Source: an uncultured Pseudomonadales bacterium
Lineage (GTDB): Bacteria; Patescibacteriota; Microgenomatia; UBA1400; UBA12028
Assembly: GCA_964509365.1 (NCBI GenBank)
Contig: CAZDWN010000002.1
Coordinates: 3,701 to 67,700, forward strand
Direction of reading: 5' to 3'
Length of the DNA: 64,000 bases
The position numbers were made by a program, and so were the translations under genes. Positions 56,407-64,000 of this stretch are shown in pieces (the first letter of the stretch is position 1; each line of letters opens with the position of its first letter). The notes below the pieces were generated by a model. It did not search any database, had not been told where the DNA came from, and worked only from the letters and a program-made list of their open reading frames with translations.

Positions 56407-57627
56407 ATGAAGCGAAGTGAGAGTGACCAGTTGGCATTTGATTTGGAGCCTGAGTTCTCAGTCTCAGAGTTTTTAGATCTCCTCAATGGGACATTTGGTG
56501 CTCGTGAGTTTACGGTCATCGGTGAGATCGCGGAGGTGAATGTCCGCGGCAAAGCAGTGTACATCAAGCTCAAAGACAAAGCCGATGGTTCGACGCTGGA
56601 GACGATCCTATGGACGTACAATGCGCGTCGACTGGGTTTTGATCCGACGGAAGGACAAGAAGTCAAAGTCGTCGGCAAAGTACAGATCTACAAGCCGTAT
56701 GGCAAACTCTCGCTGATCATCTCGCATATCTCACCACTGGGTGAAGGTGCTCTCAAAGCTGCTTTTGAAAAACTCAAAAAAGATTTGGAAGCTCGAGGAT
56801 ATTTTGATGAAGCTCGCAAACGCGAACTTCCAGCATATCCCTCACATATTGGATTGATCACCTCGCGGATGGGTGATGCGCGCAAAGATTTCCTCACGCA
56901 TTTAGCTCCATATTGGATTCGAGTATCGTTTTTGGATGCACGAGTAGAAGGAGTGAGTGCCATCGATAGTATCGTGAGTGCACTACATGAGTTCAATCGT
57001 CTTCCCGCGTCAGTTGATTTGATTGTCCTCACACGTGGTGGCGGCAGTATCGAGAGTCTCCAAGCTTTCAATTCCTACGAAGTAGCTCAAGCTATTTTTA
57101 GTTCTCGGATCCCTGTCGTCTCAGCGGTCGGGCATGAAAATGATATTACGATCGCGGACCTCGTCGCTGATGTGCGAGCCTCCACACCGACGCACGCGGG
57201 TCAGCTGGTCAGTCGTGGCTATGTGGATGCTGCGAGTGAGTTATCTTTGCTGCACGCTCGTCTGATCAACAACTTCGCATCACTGCTCTCCAATTTCCGA
57301 TTGACGACAGAGATGTTTACGCGCAATAGCACGGCCATTCTTCGCACGGTCCGTGACAAACAGCAGCAGTTGCTCACTCTCTCTACTCGGCTTGATTCAG
57401 ATATTCGCATGACATTGACTCGGTCGTTAGAAAGACTAGAGGCCCAAGCGACCTTACTTGATTCCAATGATCCCGAGAAGAAAATATCGCAAGGATATTC
57501 GATCGTCCGTGACAGTTCTGGCCATGTGGTCAAAGATCCGACACAGCTTCGAGCCGATGATATACTCATGCTTCGCATGAAACAGGCAGTGGTCAGTACA
57601 CAAGTATCCGAGGTAACGCCGCTATGA
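56407..57627 (+). CDS. xseA: Exodeoxyribonuclease VII large subunit
   Basis: N-terminal OB-fold 'REFTVIGEIAEVNVRGKAVYIKLKD', central catalytic region, C-terminal coiled-coil. Confidence 0.85.
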   Translation: MKRSESDQLAFDLEPEFSVSEFLDLLNGTFGAREFTVIGEIAEVNVRGKAVYIKLKDKADGSTLETILWTYNARRLGFDPTEGQEVKVVGKVQIYKPYGKLSLIISHISPLGEGALKAAFEKLKKDLEARGYFDEARKRELPAYPSHIGLITSRMGDARKDFLTHLAPYWIRVSFLDARVEGVSAIDSIVSALHEFNRLPASVDLIVLTRGGGSIESLQAFNSYEVAQAIFSSRIPVVSAVGHENDITIADLVADVRASTPTHAGQLVSRGYVDAASELSLLHARLINNFASLLSNFRLTTEMFTRNSTAILRTVRDKQQQLLTLSTRLDSDIRMTLTRSLERLEAQATLLDSNDPEKKISQGYSIVRDSSGHVVKDPTQLRADDILMLRMKQAVVSTQVSEVTPL

Positions 57628-57917
57628 AAAATATGCACGTCAATTTCACCGATGCGATGAAAGAGCTTGCTGAGATCAATGCGTGGTTCGCCCGCTCCGA
57701 TATCGATTTGGATGAAGCGATGGAGAAACTCAAGCGAGGTAATTTTCTCATCAAAGAATGTAGGAAGAAACTTGTCCAAGTGGAAAATGAGTTTGAAGAG
57801 ATTCAAAAAGACTCAGTGGATGAGTCTGAAAGTACCGTGGACGCCACCATCGTCATTGCCGCAGAGTCGGATACCAGTGATGTTACTGCTGATTCCGCGG
57901 ACGACATGCCGTTTTAG
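57624..57917 (+). CDS. xseB: Exodeoxyribonuclease VII small subunit
   Basis: 97-aa helical protein with ATGA overlap to xseA. 'FEDAMKELAEI...LDEAMEKLKRGNFLIKECRKKL'. Confidence 0.8.
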   Translation: MKNMHVNFTDAMKELAEINAWFARSDIDLDEAMEKLKRGNFLIKECRKKLVQVENEFEEIQKDSVDESESTVDATIVIAAESDTSDVTADSADDMPF

Positions 57918-58378
57918 CGACTCAAAATTGCAATTCTTCGCAAGTGTTCTTGTAAGAACGGGTCAAGATACGTTGAAAGCGTGCCATCCTCATTTGTAGT
58001 TACACCACTTTTGAGATGTGTTCCCTTCATATCTTCATTGAGAAGTTGTGCCCGCATGATGCAGAGTTGGTCATAACAGTCTTGGTGAAACCTTAATTTA
58101 TCTTCAGGCGACATGCCATTCGCATTGAATTCAGGGTGTAGTTTGCTGATGCGGCTCTCCAAATATGCTATTCGCGCGTCAGTGTGTGCGATCAAGACTC
58201 CATTTTGAGCTTTGTGAAGGAGCATGTTGGCATTTGGATTCGGAAGAGCTGAGAGTTTTTCATCCAAGTCTTTTGCGACCATGCTGATTTTTAAGAGTCC
58301 AGAAAGTTCTTGCAACATTGATTCCATTTCATCAGATTGAGCGTGTTCATGGTTTGTCATATCTTCGGATTGTATCAC
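57914..58378 (-). CDS. Hypothetical protein, distal gene downstream of hsdR
   Basis: 154-aa ORF. 4-nt convergent overlap with xseB. Confidence 0.45.
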   Translation of the reverse strand: MIQSEDMTNHEHAQSDEMESMLQELSGLLKISMVAKDLDEKLSALPNPNANMLLHKAQNGVLIAHTDARIAYLESRISKLHPEFNANGMSPEDKLRFHQDCYDQLCIMRAQLLNEDMKGTHLKSGVTTNEDGTLSTYLDPFLQEHLRRIAILSR

Positions 58379-58384
58379 CAGTCA

Positions 58385-58633
58385 CTAGCTTTGATCCGCG
58401 GTTTCCAAGATTGCCAATCCTTTCGCGACGATCTCAGCGAGCGCGATCGTCTCGGTGCGCTCCACATCCGTGAGCAGATCCAGTTTCGGCCAGAGTTTCT
58501 CGACTTTGTCTCTGATCTTGTAGATATCATCACGAAATTCATCCCGAAGTTCTTTCGAGTCTTGGAGCTTTTTCATGAACTTCACGACATCCTTTTTGTC
58601 GCTCGTGCTCAGATCCACATTTTTTTTTGGCAT
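58385..58633 (-). CDS. Small hypothetical protein 23 nt downstream of hsdR
   Basis: 82-aa charged helical ORF. Confidence 0.45.
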   Translation of the reverse strand: MPKKNVDLSTSDKKDVVKFMKKLQDSKELRDEFRDDIYKIRDKVEKLWPKLDLLTDVERTETIALAEIVAKGLAILETADQS

Positions 58634-58656
58634 AGTTCAAAGCGAAGACGTTACCT

Positions 58657-61569
58657 TTACTTAAATTTCTTAATAACTACATCAACTAGTCTGTTTAGTA
58701 ATTTTGGAAATACCGTAGCATCAACCGAATCTTTGTAATTTTTAAGGAGCACTTCCTGAATTGTCTGCTTTATTGATTTTATGAACTCTTCTCTCTTTGA
58801 AGAATTTTGCCAGTTCGTATCAAGATTTGCGTTCAACTCATACGTTAGTGTATGAGTAATATCACCAAGTTTTTCGTCTTTCTGATCTGTAATGAACTCT
58901 TGTAAAAGTCTAAAAATACCCATCTCTTGCAGAGAAAAACCTAATGCCTTGGCCTCCTCATGTTTAGTTTTCATGTCGTCGAGCAGGTGATAGTATCGTT
59001 TAATCCGTTCAGATAAATCGATTTGCTGTTTTTCAAACTCTTCCTTAATCACTGCCAGCCGTTCACTAAATTTTAAGAAGCTTGGATCAGAATCTATCTG
59101 TATACGAAGTTCATGTTGAATAATTCTTTCTAATTGGATTGCTTTCTCTTCCTGAGAATCATTGGTCAATTTGTTTAAGACATAAATATCGTTGACCGTA
59201 AGTTCTCTGAAATTGCGTGTAATTCCTTCATAATCAATCTTATCCTGAATGATTTTCTTCACTTTTTCTCCATATTCAGCGAGTATTTCGTTATCATTTT
59301 CTGGAGATCTGTAGGTTTTCACAAACGCAAGATAAAAGGATGTGATCCACTCGAAACGTCGCAAATACGGAAGTAAAAAAGGGTCAGGAGACAAAATCTC
59401 ATAATACATGCGCAAGGAACTATAACGGTCAACAAAGTAATTTTGTTTTTGCTCATTATCCGAAAAGATCTTGAGCGCTCGACGAAGATTTTCCATCGAA
59501 GGATCTTCTATCGAGATAGTAATAAAGAGCTCCATTACTTGATCAATAGTTTCTGAAAATTGATCCTTTATTTTGGCAATGTTGACCAATGCAGCATCGA
59601 CGATACTCTCATCAAAGTTTAATGAGTCGTATAGGTTTTTTGTTATTCCATAATAATCAATTATTCTTCCACAACCTTTATTGGGGTAAACTCTGTTTGT
59701 TCTTGCTATCGCCTGAAGCAGATTATGATCGCGTAATGGTTTATCGAGGTACATCACTTGTTCAATAGGGGCATCAAAGCCAGTCAGTAACATATCGCAC
59801 ACAATCAAAAATCGAATTGAGCCTTGTGCATCTTTAAATCTGGAGATGATATCCTCACGCTCTTGTTTGCTTGTGTGATGCAGCTTGAGGTCTTCATTTT
59901 CAGTATTGGGATCACCCGGGGAGTAGACTACTACTGACCACTCTGTGGGGATCAATGTATCGAGGAGTGATTTATACTTTGCTGCAGATTCGCGATCGTA
60001 GCATACGAGCTGCGCTTTAAATCCATTTGGCTCCACATAGAGTCTAAAGTGCTCGACAAGATCTTTCGCAATTGTTTCCATCCGCTTGTCAAGTTTTATT
60101 AGCGCTGCTTTCTTGCCATATTTTCGCATGAGTATGTCTTTTTGCTCTGAGGACAGATCAGTTGTCAGTGAATCGAACTGCTCGTCTACTTTTTGCTCAT
60201 CAATCGAAAACTTCGAAAGCCTGGCTTCATATGTCACAGGTAATGTTGCTCCATCGTCAATCGCCTGCTGGATGGAGTAATAATCTAAGTATCTTTCTCC
60301 GACCTCTCCAAAATTTCTATGAGTATTGAGTGTTGTTTTGTCTATTGGAGTACCCGTAAATCCAAAGAAAAATGCATTGTGCATGGAAGATCTCAAATGG
60401 ATGGCTGACACTCCTTCGTTGTCACGATGTGCTTCATCAGACAGTACAATAATATTTTCATTGTGATTCACTATAGTGCTGCTCAATTCACTAAATTTCT
60501 GAACAGTTGAGATAAATATTCCACGCTGCGGACTTTGAATCTTTTGTTCCAGGTCTTTCCTAGAGGTCACGCGAATTACATTTTCGCCACCGCAATGAAT
60601 GAACGTGTCGTGTATCTGATCGTCGAGATCAATGCGGTCGACAAGGACGAACACTTTTGGATTTTTAAGCTTTGGGTCAAAACGCAGTTTCCACGCTGAA
60701 AAAAACATAGTGAGGCTTTTTCCTGATCCCTGAGTGTGCCAGATTAGTCCTTTTCTTTTCTCGCCATTTTGAACTCGTTCCACGATTTTGTTGGTTGCTC
60801 GTACCTGCTGATATCTAGCGATCTTCTTCTCTTTTCCAGTCTTGGTTTTCTCAAAGACAATGAAGTTATCGATGAGATCAAGCACATTTTTCGGATCCAA
60901 TAACGAAAAGAGTGTCATCTCCAAAGATCCTCCAAGGTCGGTCTCGAGTTTCTCATCTTTCCACTGTAAAAACGACTGAAGTGGAGCGTATGTAGCGCCA
61001 TACATTGTTTGCAGTCCATCTGTGGCAATGTTGAAACAATTTGGCAGAAAGAGGCGTGGAGCATTTTTTTCATATCTCTTCAGTTGACCGACAGCGAGTG
61101 AGTAGTCGACGACTATACTGGCTGTCGGACTTTTCGCTTCGATATCGACGACAGGTATGCCATTGATGAAGACGAGAATATCTGGGCGTATGTTTTCTAG
61201 CGTCCCTTCAAAATAGAACTGGTTGGTGATCACAAACCGATTGTTGCCTTGCTTTGCCACGTCGATGACACGGTAGTCTTGCATCTTCCCCGTTTGCTGA
61301 TTCTTGATATTAATGCCATCACGAAACAATTTGAGAAAAGACTCGTTGCTGTCGATCTTTCGAATTTCTCGCAGCACACTGGCTGCCTCATCGTCATCGA
61401 TGGCATTGATTTTTTTGATTGCGTCAGTCAAATGAGAGGTTATGAGTAATTCATTCTCAAATTCACGAAGTTTTGAGAACTGTTCTGGTGGAATATACTC
61501 ATACCCCAGCGTCTTTGTGAGGAACTTGATGATATGTCTCTCCACTGTATATTCTTCGTTAAATTTCAT
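58657..61569 (-). CDS. hsdR: Type I restriction enzyme R (endonuclease/helicase) subunit
   Basis: 970 aa. N-terminal nuclease region. SF2 helicase Walker A 'HTQGSGKSLTM', 'LSDEAHR' DEAH box, helicase C-terminal motifs. A+T-rich. Confidence 0.9.
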   Translation of the reverse strand: MKFNEEYTVERHIIKFLTKTLGYEYIPPEQFSKLREFENELLITSHLTDAIKKINAIDDDEAASVLREIRKIDSNESFLKLFRDGINIKNQQTGKMQDYRVIDVAKQGNNRFVITNQFYFEGTLENIRPDILVFINGIPVVDIEAKSPTASIVVDYSLAVGQLKRYEKNAPRLFLPNCFNIATDGLQTMYGATYAPLQSFLQWKDEKLETDLGGSLEMTLFSLLDPKNVLDLIDNFIVFEKTKTGKEKKIARYQQVRATNKIVERVQNGEKRKGLIWHTQGSGKSLTMFFSAWKLRFDPKLKNPKVFVLVDRIDLDDQIHDTFIHCGGENVIRVTSRKDLEQKIQSPQRGIFISTVQKFSELSSTIVNHNENIIVLSDEAHRDNEGVSAIHLRSSMHNAFFFGFTGTPIDKTTLNTHRNFGEVGERYLDYYSIQQAIDDGATLPVTYEARLSKFSIDEQKVDEQFDSLTTDLSSEQKDILMRKYGKKAALIKLDKRMETIAKDLVEHFRLYVEPNGFKAQLVCYDRESAAKYKSLLDTLIPTEWSVVVYSPGDPNTENEDLKLHHTSKQEREDIISRFKDAQGSIRFLIVCDMLLTGFDAPIEQVMYLDKPLRDHNLLQAIARTNRVYPNKGCGRIIDYYGITKNLYDSLNFDESIVDAALVNIAKIKDQFSETIDQVMELFITISIEDPSMENLRRALKIFSDNEQKQNYFVDRYSSLRMYYEILSPDPFLLPYLRRFEWITSFYLAFVKTYRSPENDNEILAEYGEKVKKIIQDKIDYEGITRNFRELTVNDIYVLNKLTNDSQEEKAIQLERIIQHELRIQIDSDPSFLKFSERLAVIKEEFEKQQIDLSERIKRYYHLLDDMKTKHEEAKALGFSLQEMGIFRLLQEFITDQKDEKLGDITHTLTYELNANLDTNWQNSSKREEFIKSIKQTIQEVLLKNYKDSVDATVFPKLLNRLVDVVIKKFK

Positions 61570-61571
61570 AG

Positions 61572-62420
61572 TTACTTCTTTTTCTCAAGTAGCTTCTTCA
61601 TCTTATCAGTAAACGTCTTGGCCTTACTTTTTCTAGTTTGAATTTCCTCTACGAGATAGATCAAAATATTTTTAATATTATCTGCTGACTCCAAACATTC
61701 TTCGTCTGTTCTATTATGGAGCCCATCGCTCAATGATGAATGTAGGAGCTTTAGCGGATTGTTGCCATTAGGCTGTAAGGATGTTGGAAGAAGATCTTGG
61801 ACTAGTTCGATCTTTTGTTCGGCAACTCGAGTTTTTTTGACTTGATCCAGTGCATCTTTATATTTTCCTTTGTCTTCCTCATCAATAAGATCCTCGACGG
61901 ATATTAGAAGTTCGTCTATTATCTTTTCGGTAATTTGTCGGAAGTATGCATACGCACCGATTCCATAACTCTCTGATTCGCAAACGAGCCCTTTCTTGTA
62001 AAGGTCGGCATGCTCACCGAGCGTCTTTTCTAGTTTTGGGTCCATGTCTATTTCCCACTGAGGTGTTTGCCCAATTTTTTGAACGCTGCCACTGTAATAA
62101 ATGGTGCCATTCTTTTCAGCTTTAGTCTTTAGTGAAAATAATACGTAGAAGTGATAAAAATAGGAATTACAGGCCGAACACAAATACCTCATTCGTATAG
62201 GAACTCCCCAAACATCAATAGTTTTAGCTCCATATTCATTTGATGCAAGGATCTCCCAGATTTCGTTACTTATATTAAACGTTTGGACGGAACCACAACT
62301 CTTGCAGTACATATTAATTGCAGGGGTGGATATGTCATCGAGCTGCGTATTGTAGTAAGGCTCATCGACTTTTAGCTTTCGATAAAGTGGATACGTTTCT
62401 AAAAACTCTTTTGTGATCAT
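61572..62420 (-). CDS. Hypothetical protein embedded between hsdS and hsdR, with N-terminal CxxC...CxxC zinc-finger-like motif (possibly DUF4145-like)
   Basis: 282-aa ORF overlapping hsdS by 4 nt and 2 nt from hsdR. 'CKSCGS...CSACNS'. C-terminal region reminiscent of DUF4145 accessory proteins of R-M loci (recollection, uncertain). Confidence 0.55.
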   Translation of the reverse strand: MITKEFLETYPLYRKLKVDEPYYNTQLDDISTPAINMYCKSCGSVQTFNISNEIWEILASNEYGAKTIDVWGVPIRMRYLCSACNSYFYHFYVLFSLKTKAEKNGTIYYSGSVQKIGQTPQWEIDMDPKLEKTLGEHADLYKKGLVCESESYGIGAYAYFRQITEKIIDELLISVEDLIDEEDKGKYKDALDQVKKTRVAEQKIELVQDLLPTSLQPNGNNPLKLLHSSLSDGLHNRTDEECLESADNIKNILIYLVEEIQTRKSKAKTFTDKMKKLLEKKK

Positions 62421-63559
62421 ATGTCTGCCTTTCTCCCAAATATCTCTTTCATAATTCCTGATTTTGTATTCCTCAGTGTAAATTGAGCTTTCCTTTCCAA
62501 CTCGATCTTTTGATCCAATGTATATAAAAGGTCGGCGATTTTCTTCTGTTCCTCAATGGGTGGAAGTGGAATTTTGATCTTCTTAAAAAATGATAAGCCA
62601 ATGGTTTTTATCGTGGAACCCGATGCTATTTGCTCAAAAACTGGCTTCCTGTGCTGAAGAATGTAATAAAGGAATAGGTTGTTTAACCTTTCTCCACACC
62701 TCCAGGCAATGAAATGCTGGCTAACTGCCATTGGTTCAGTTGTTATTGCACTTTTTCCAATACCGGCATCCCTAGATAAGACGACAACCCCTTCGGGATG
62801 CATAACTGCAGAAGAATGCTCAATCCCTTCCTGAGAAATCTGCTTTGATGTCTGTGAAATGTATACCCGGTCGAGTCTAAAGGTGTCTGAAAGAGATATC
62901 CACTTAATTCCTCCATTCCAATAATTTGGAAATGTTTTATTTGGAGTATGACCACTCCCTCTTTTGGCAACGTGATCTAATAATTCAACTTCCCAATTTT
63001 CAGGAATACTGCCAATCTCAGTTTTCTTAAAATCTGTATGCCCAATGCCTTTGGTCAAAAGTTCCTGCATCAAGCCTTGCTTTAGTTCTTCTGTCTTTTG
63101 AATAGTTTGATCTGTGATGCTAATGGCGTTATCAACGATTTCTAATTCACTCGCGATTTTCTTCTGTACACTACGTGCGGGGAGTGAAATCTCTAATTTA
63201 TAAACATCATCCCTGTTAAGTCCAGGTACACCTGTCCCTCGATTCATCTTGCCTAGCTCGAGTGTTTGGAGCATGAAATAAATCCATTTAAGATCCACCA
63301 TATCACTTTCAGTAATGTAGTAGGTGGTATCAATCGGCCAAAAAGGTTCGTCAGACCATTCAAGCTTTCCTATACTCCCTTTTCTACCGACAATTATTCC
63401 TTTTGTGTTTACAAGACTATTTCCATTCGTCCCTACGATTCCATTAGAGCCATATACAGGAATATCTCCAGGAGTCCTTTTTTGGGAAGGCAAATTCTTA
63501 CCATATTCAAGTTTTAAGATGTCTCCAATTTTTATCTTTTTCAAATTTTGAGTTGACAT
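62417..63559 (-). CDS. hsdS: Type I restriction-modification specificity subunit
   Basis: 380 aa with two target-recognition domains separated by a conserved helical spacer ('LKQGLMQELLTKG') and a C-terminal conserved helix. Confidence 0.85.
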   Translation of the reverse strand: MSTQNLKKIKIGDILKLEYGKNLPSQKRTPGDIPVYGSNGIVGTNGNSLVNTKGIIVGRKGSIGKLEWSDEPFWPIDTTYYITESDMVDLKWIYFMLQTLELGKMNRGTGVPGLNRDDVYKLEISLPARSVQKKIASELEIVDNAISITDQTIQKTEELKQGLMQELLTKGIGHTDFKKTEIGSIPENWEVELLDHVAKRGSGHTPNKTFPNYWNGGIKWISLSDTFRLDRVYISQTSKQISQEGIEHSSAVMHPEGVVVLSRDAGIGKSAITTEPMAVSQHFIAWRCGERLNNLFLYYILQHRKPVFEQIASGSTIKTIGLSFFKKIKIPLPPIEEQKKIADLLYTLDQKIELERKAQFTLRNTKSGIMKEIFGRKADI

Positions 63560-63563
63560 AGGT

Positions 63564-64000
63564 TTAAGTTTCTTCGCCGGAATAGAGTTCGACTGTTTCG
63601 TGCAACTTCTTCACTCTACTTTTTGCGCCTGAAATACCATCAAATGCTGGGAGTTTCTCAGGCATGGTGCCACCGATCTCTTGGATGGCTTTGCGCACTT
63701 GCCTCCCGACTTCAAAGTGCGTTTGATTTGCTCTCGCCTCACCCTTGATGTTTTCTCGTTTAAGCTTGGCATCTGCTTGTGTTGCGCGAAACAAATTGGC
63801 AGCAAGTTCTTCGCTGCCCATGTGGTCGAGTATGCCTTGACTCTTTTTCAAACCTTTTAATGTATGGATATCCTGCGATGTGAGCCCTGCATACAATCCT
63901 TTGTATCCGTAATTGGTAAAAACACCGTAGTTTTTGACACCTGCTCTGCTGGCAGTCTCCGCAAGATGTTTGTTGTGTGCGGTAATCTCATCGCGAAGCA
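63564..64000 (-). CDS. DinD/RhuM-family protein, 3' part. The gene continues beyond the window end
   Basis: Translation upstream of the tabulated ORF stays open to the window edge. 'LRDEITAHNKHLAETASRAGVKNYGVFTNYGYKGLYAGLTSQDIHTLKGLKKSQGILDHMGSEELAANLFRATQ...THFEVGRQVRKAIQEIGGTMPEKLP' closely parallels the E. coli DinD C-terminal half as I recall it. Confidence 0.7.
   Translation of the reverse strand, partial: LRDEITAHNKHLAETASRAGVKNYGVFTNYGYKGLYAGLTSQDIHTLKGLKKSQGILDHMGSEELAANLFRATQADAKLKRENIKGEARANQTHFEVGRQVRKAIQEIGGTMPEKLPAFDGISGAKSRVKKLHETVELYSGEET

Noticed and set aside
57917-57990. Short palindrome GTTCTTGTAAGAAC after xseB as a terminator
   Set aside because: Stem too short with a 2-nt loop and no T-run. 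Lies within the convergent 57914..58378 ORF.
63564-63896. ORF at the window end first taken for the start of hsdM because it follows hsdS
   Set aside because: Its translation, and the open frame continuing to the window edge, parallels DinD/RhuM rather than an N6-adenine methyltransferase (no SAM-binding or NPPF/NPPY motifs). hsdM must lie beyond the window.

Overview
This 64 kb window is a chromosomal segment of a bacterium with a monoderm, possibly CPR/Patescibacteria-like gene repertoire. The taxon is a guess from gene content (LCP wall-polymer ligase, many PT-rich secreted/membrane-anchored proteins, tandem SH3b domains, small tightly packed genes). Coding density is high on both strands. 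Housekeeping genes I recognise with confidence are tatC-tatA, gdhA, mscL, an MIP aquaporin, DedA, PAP2 phosphatase, PIG-L deacetylase, Nudix hydrolase, PolX, xseA-xseB, and two ABC-F ATPases. There is also a complete OmpR-type two-component system with a HlyD/ABC/FtsX(MacB)-type efflux module, a processive GT2 synthase plus LCP protein, and two tRNAs (Gly-GCC, Gln-TTG). Accessory content is conspicuous and is where I would look for novelty: (1) a 1312-aa surface giant with three ~160-180-aa tandem repeats, a poly-Gly hinge and tandem SH3b domains. (2) Three co-oriented genes for signal-peptide-less, phage-fibre-like repeat proteins at the window start. (3) An A+T-rich GHKL-ATPase plus STAS(DUF4325-like) two-gene module next to tRNA-Gly, preceded by twin palindromes. 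(4) An HTH plus LAGLIDADG-like protein whose stop codon lies inside tRNA-Gln. (5) A ~12 kb probable defence/accessory island at 51.2-64 kb bracketed by two divergent DinD/RhuM-family genes, one of them frameshifted. The island holds a Type I R-M cassette (hsdR, an embedded zinc-finger accessory gene, hsdS; hsdM not in window) that is visibly more A+T-rich than its flanks. It also holds a 659-aa protein with a RelE/YoeB-like C-terminus co-oriented with a small ORF and a second ABC-F ATPase, and a small overlapping two-gene TA-like cassette. No integrase, transposase, CRISPR array or rRNA was seen. Most gene starts were refined by eye (several GTG/TTG starts, ATGA overlaps) and remain uncertain.
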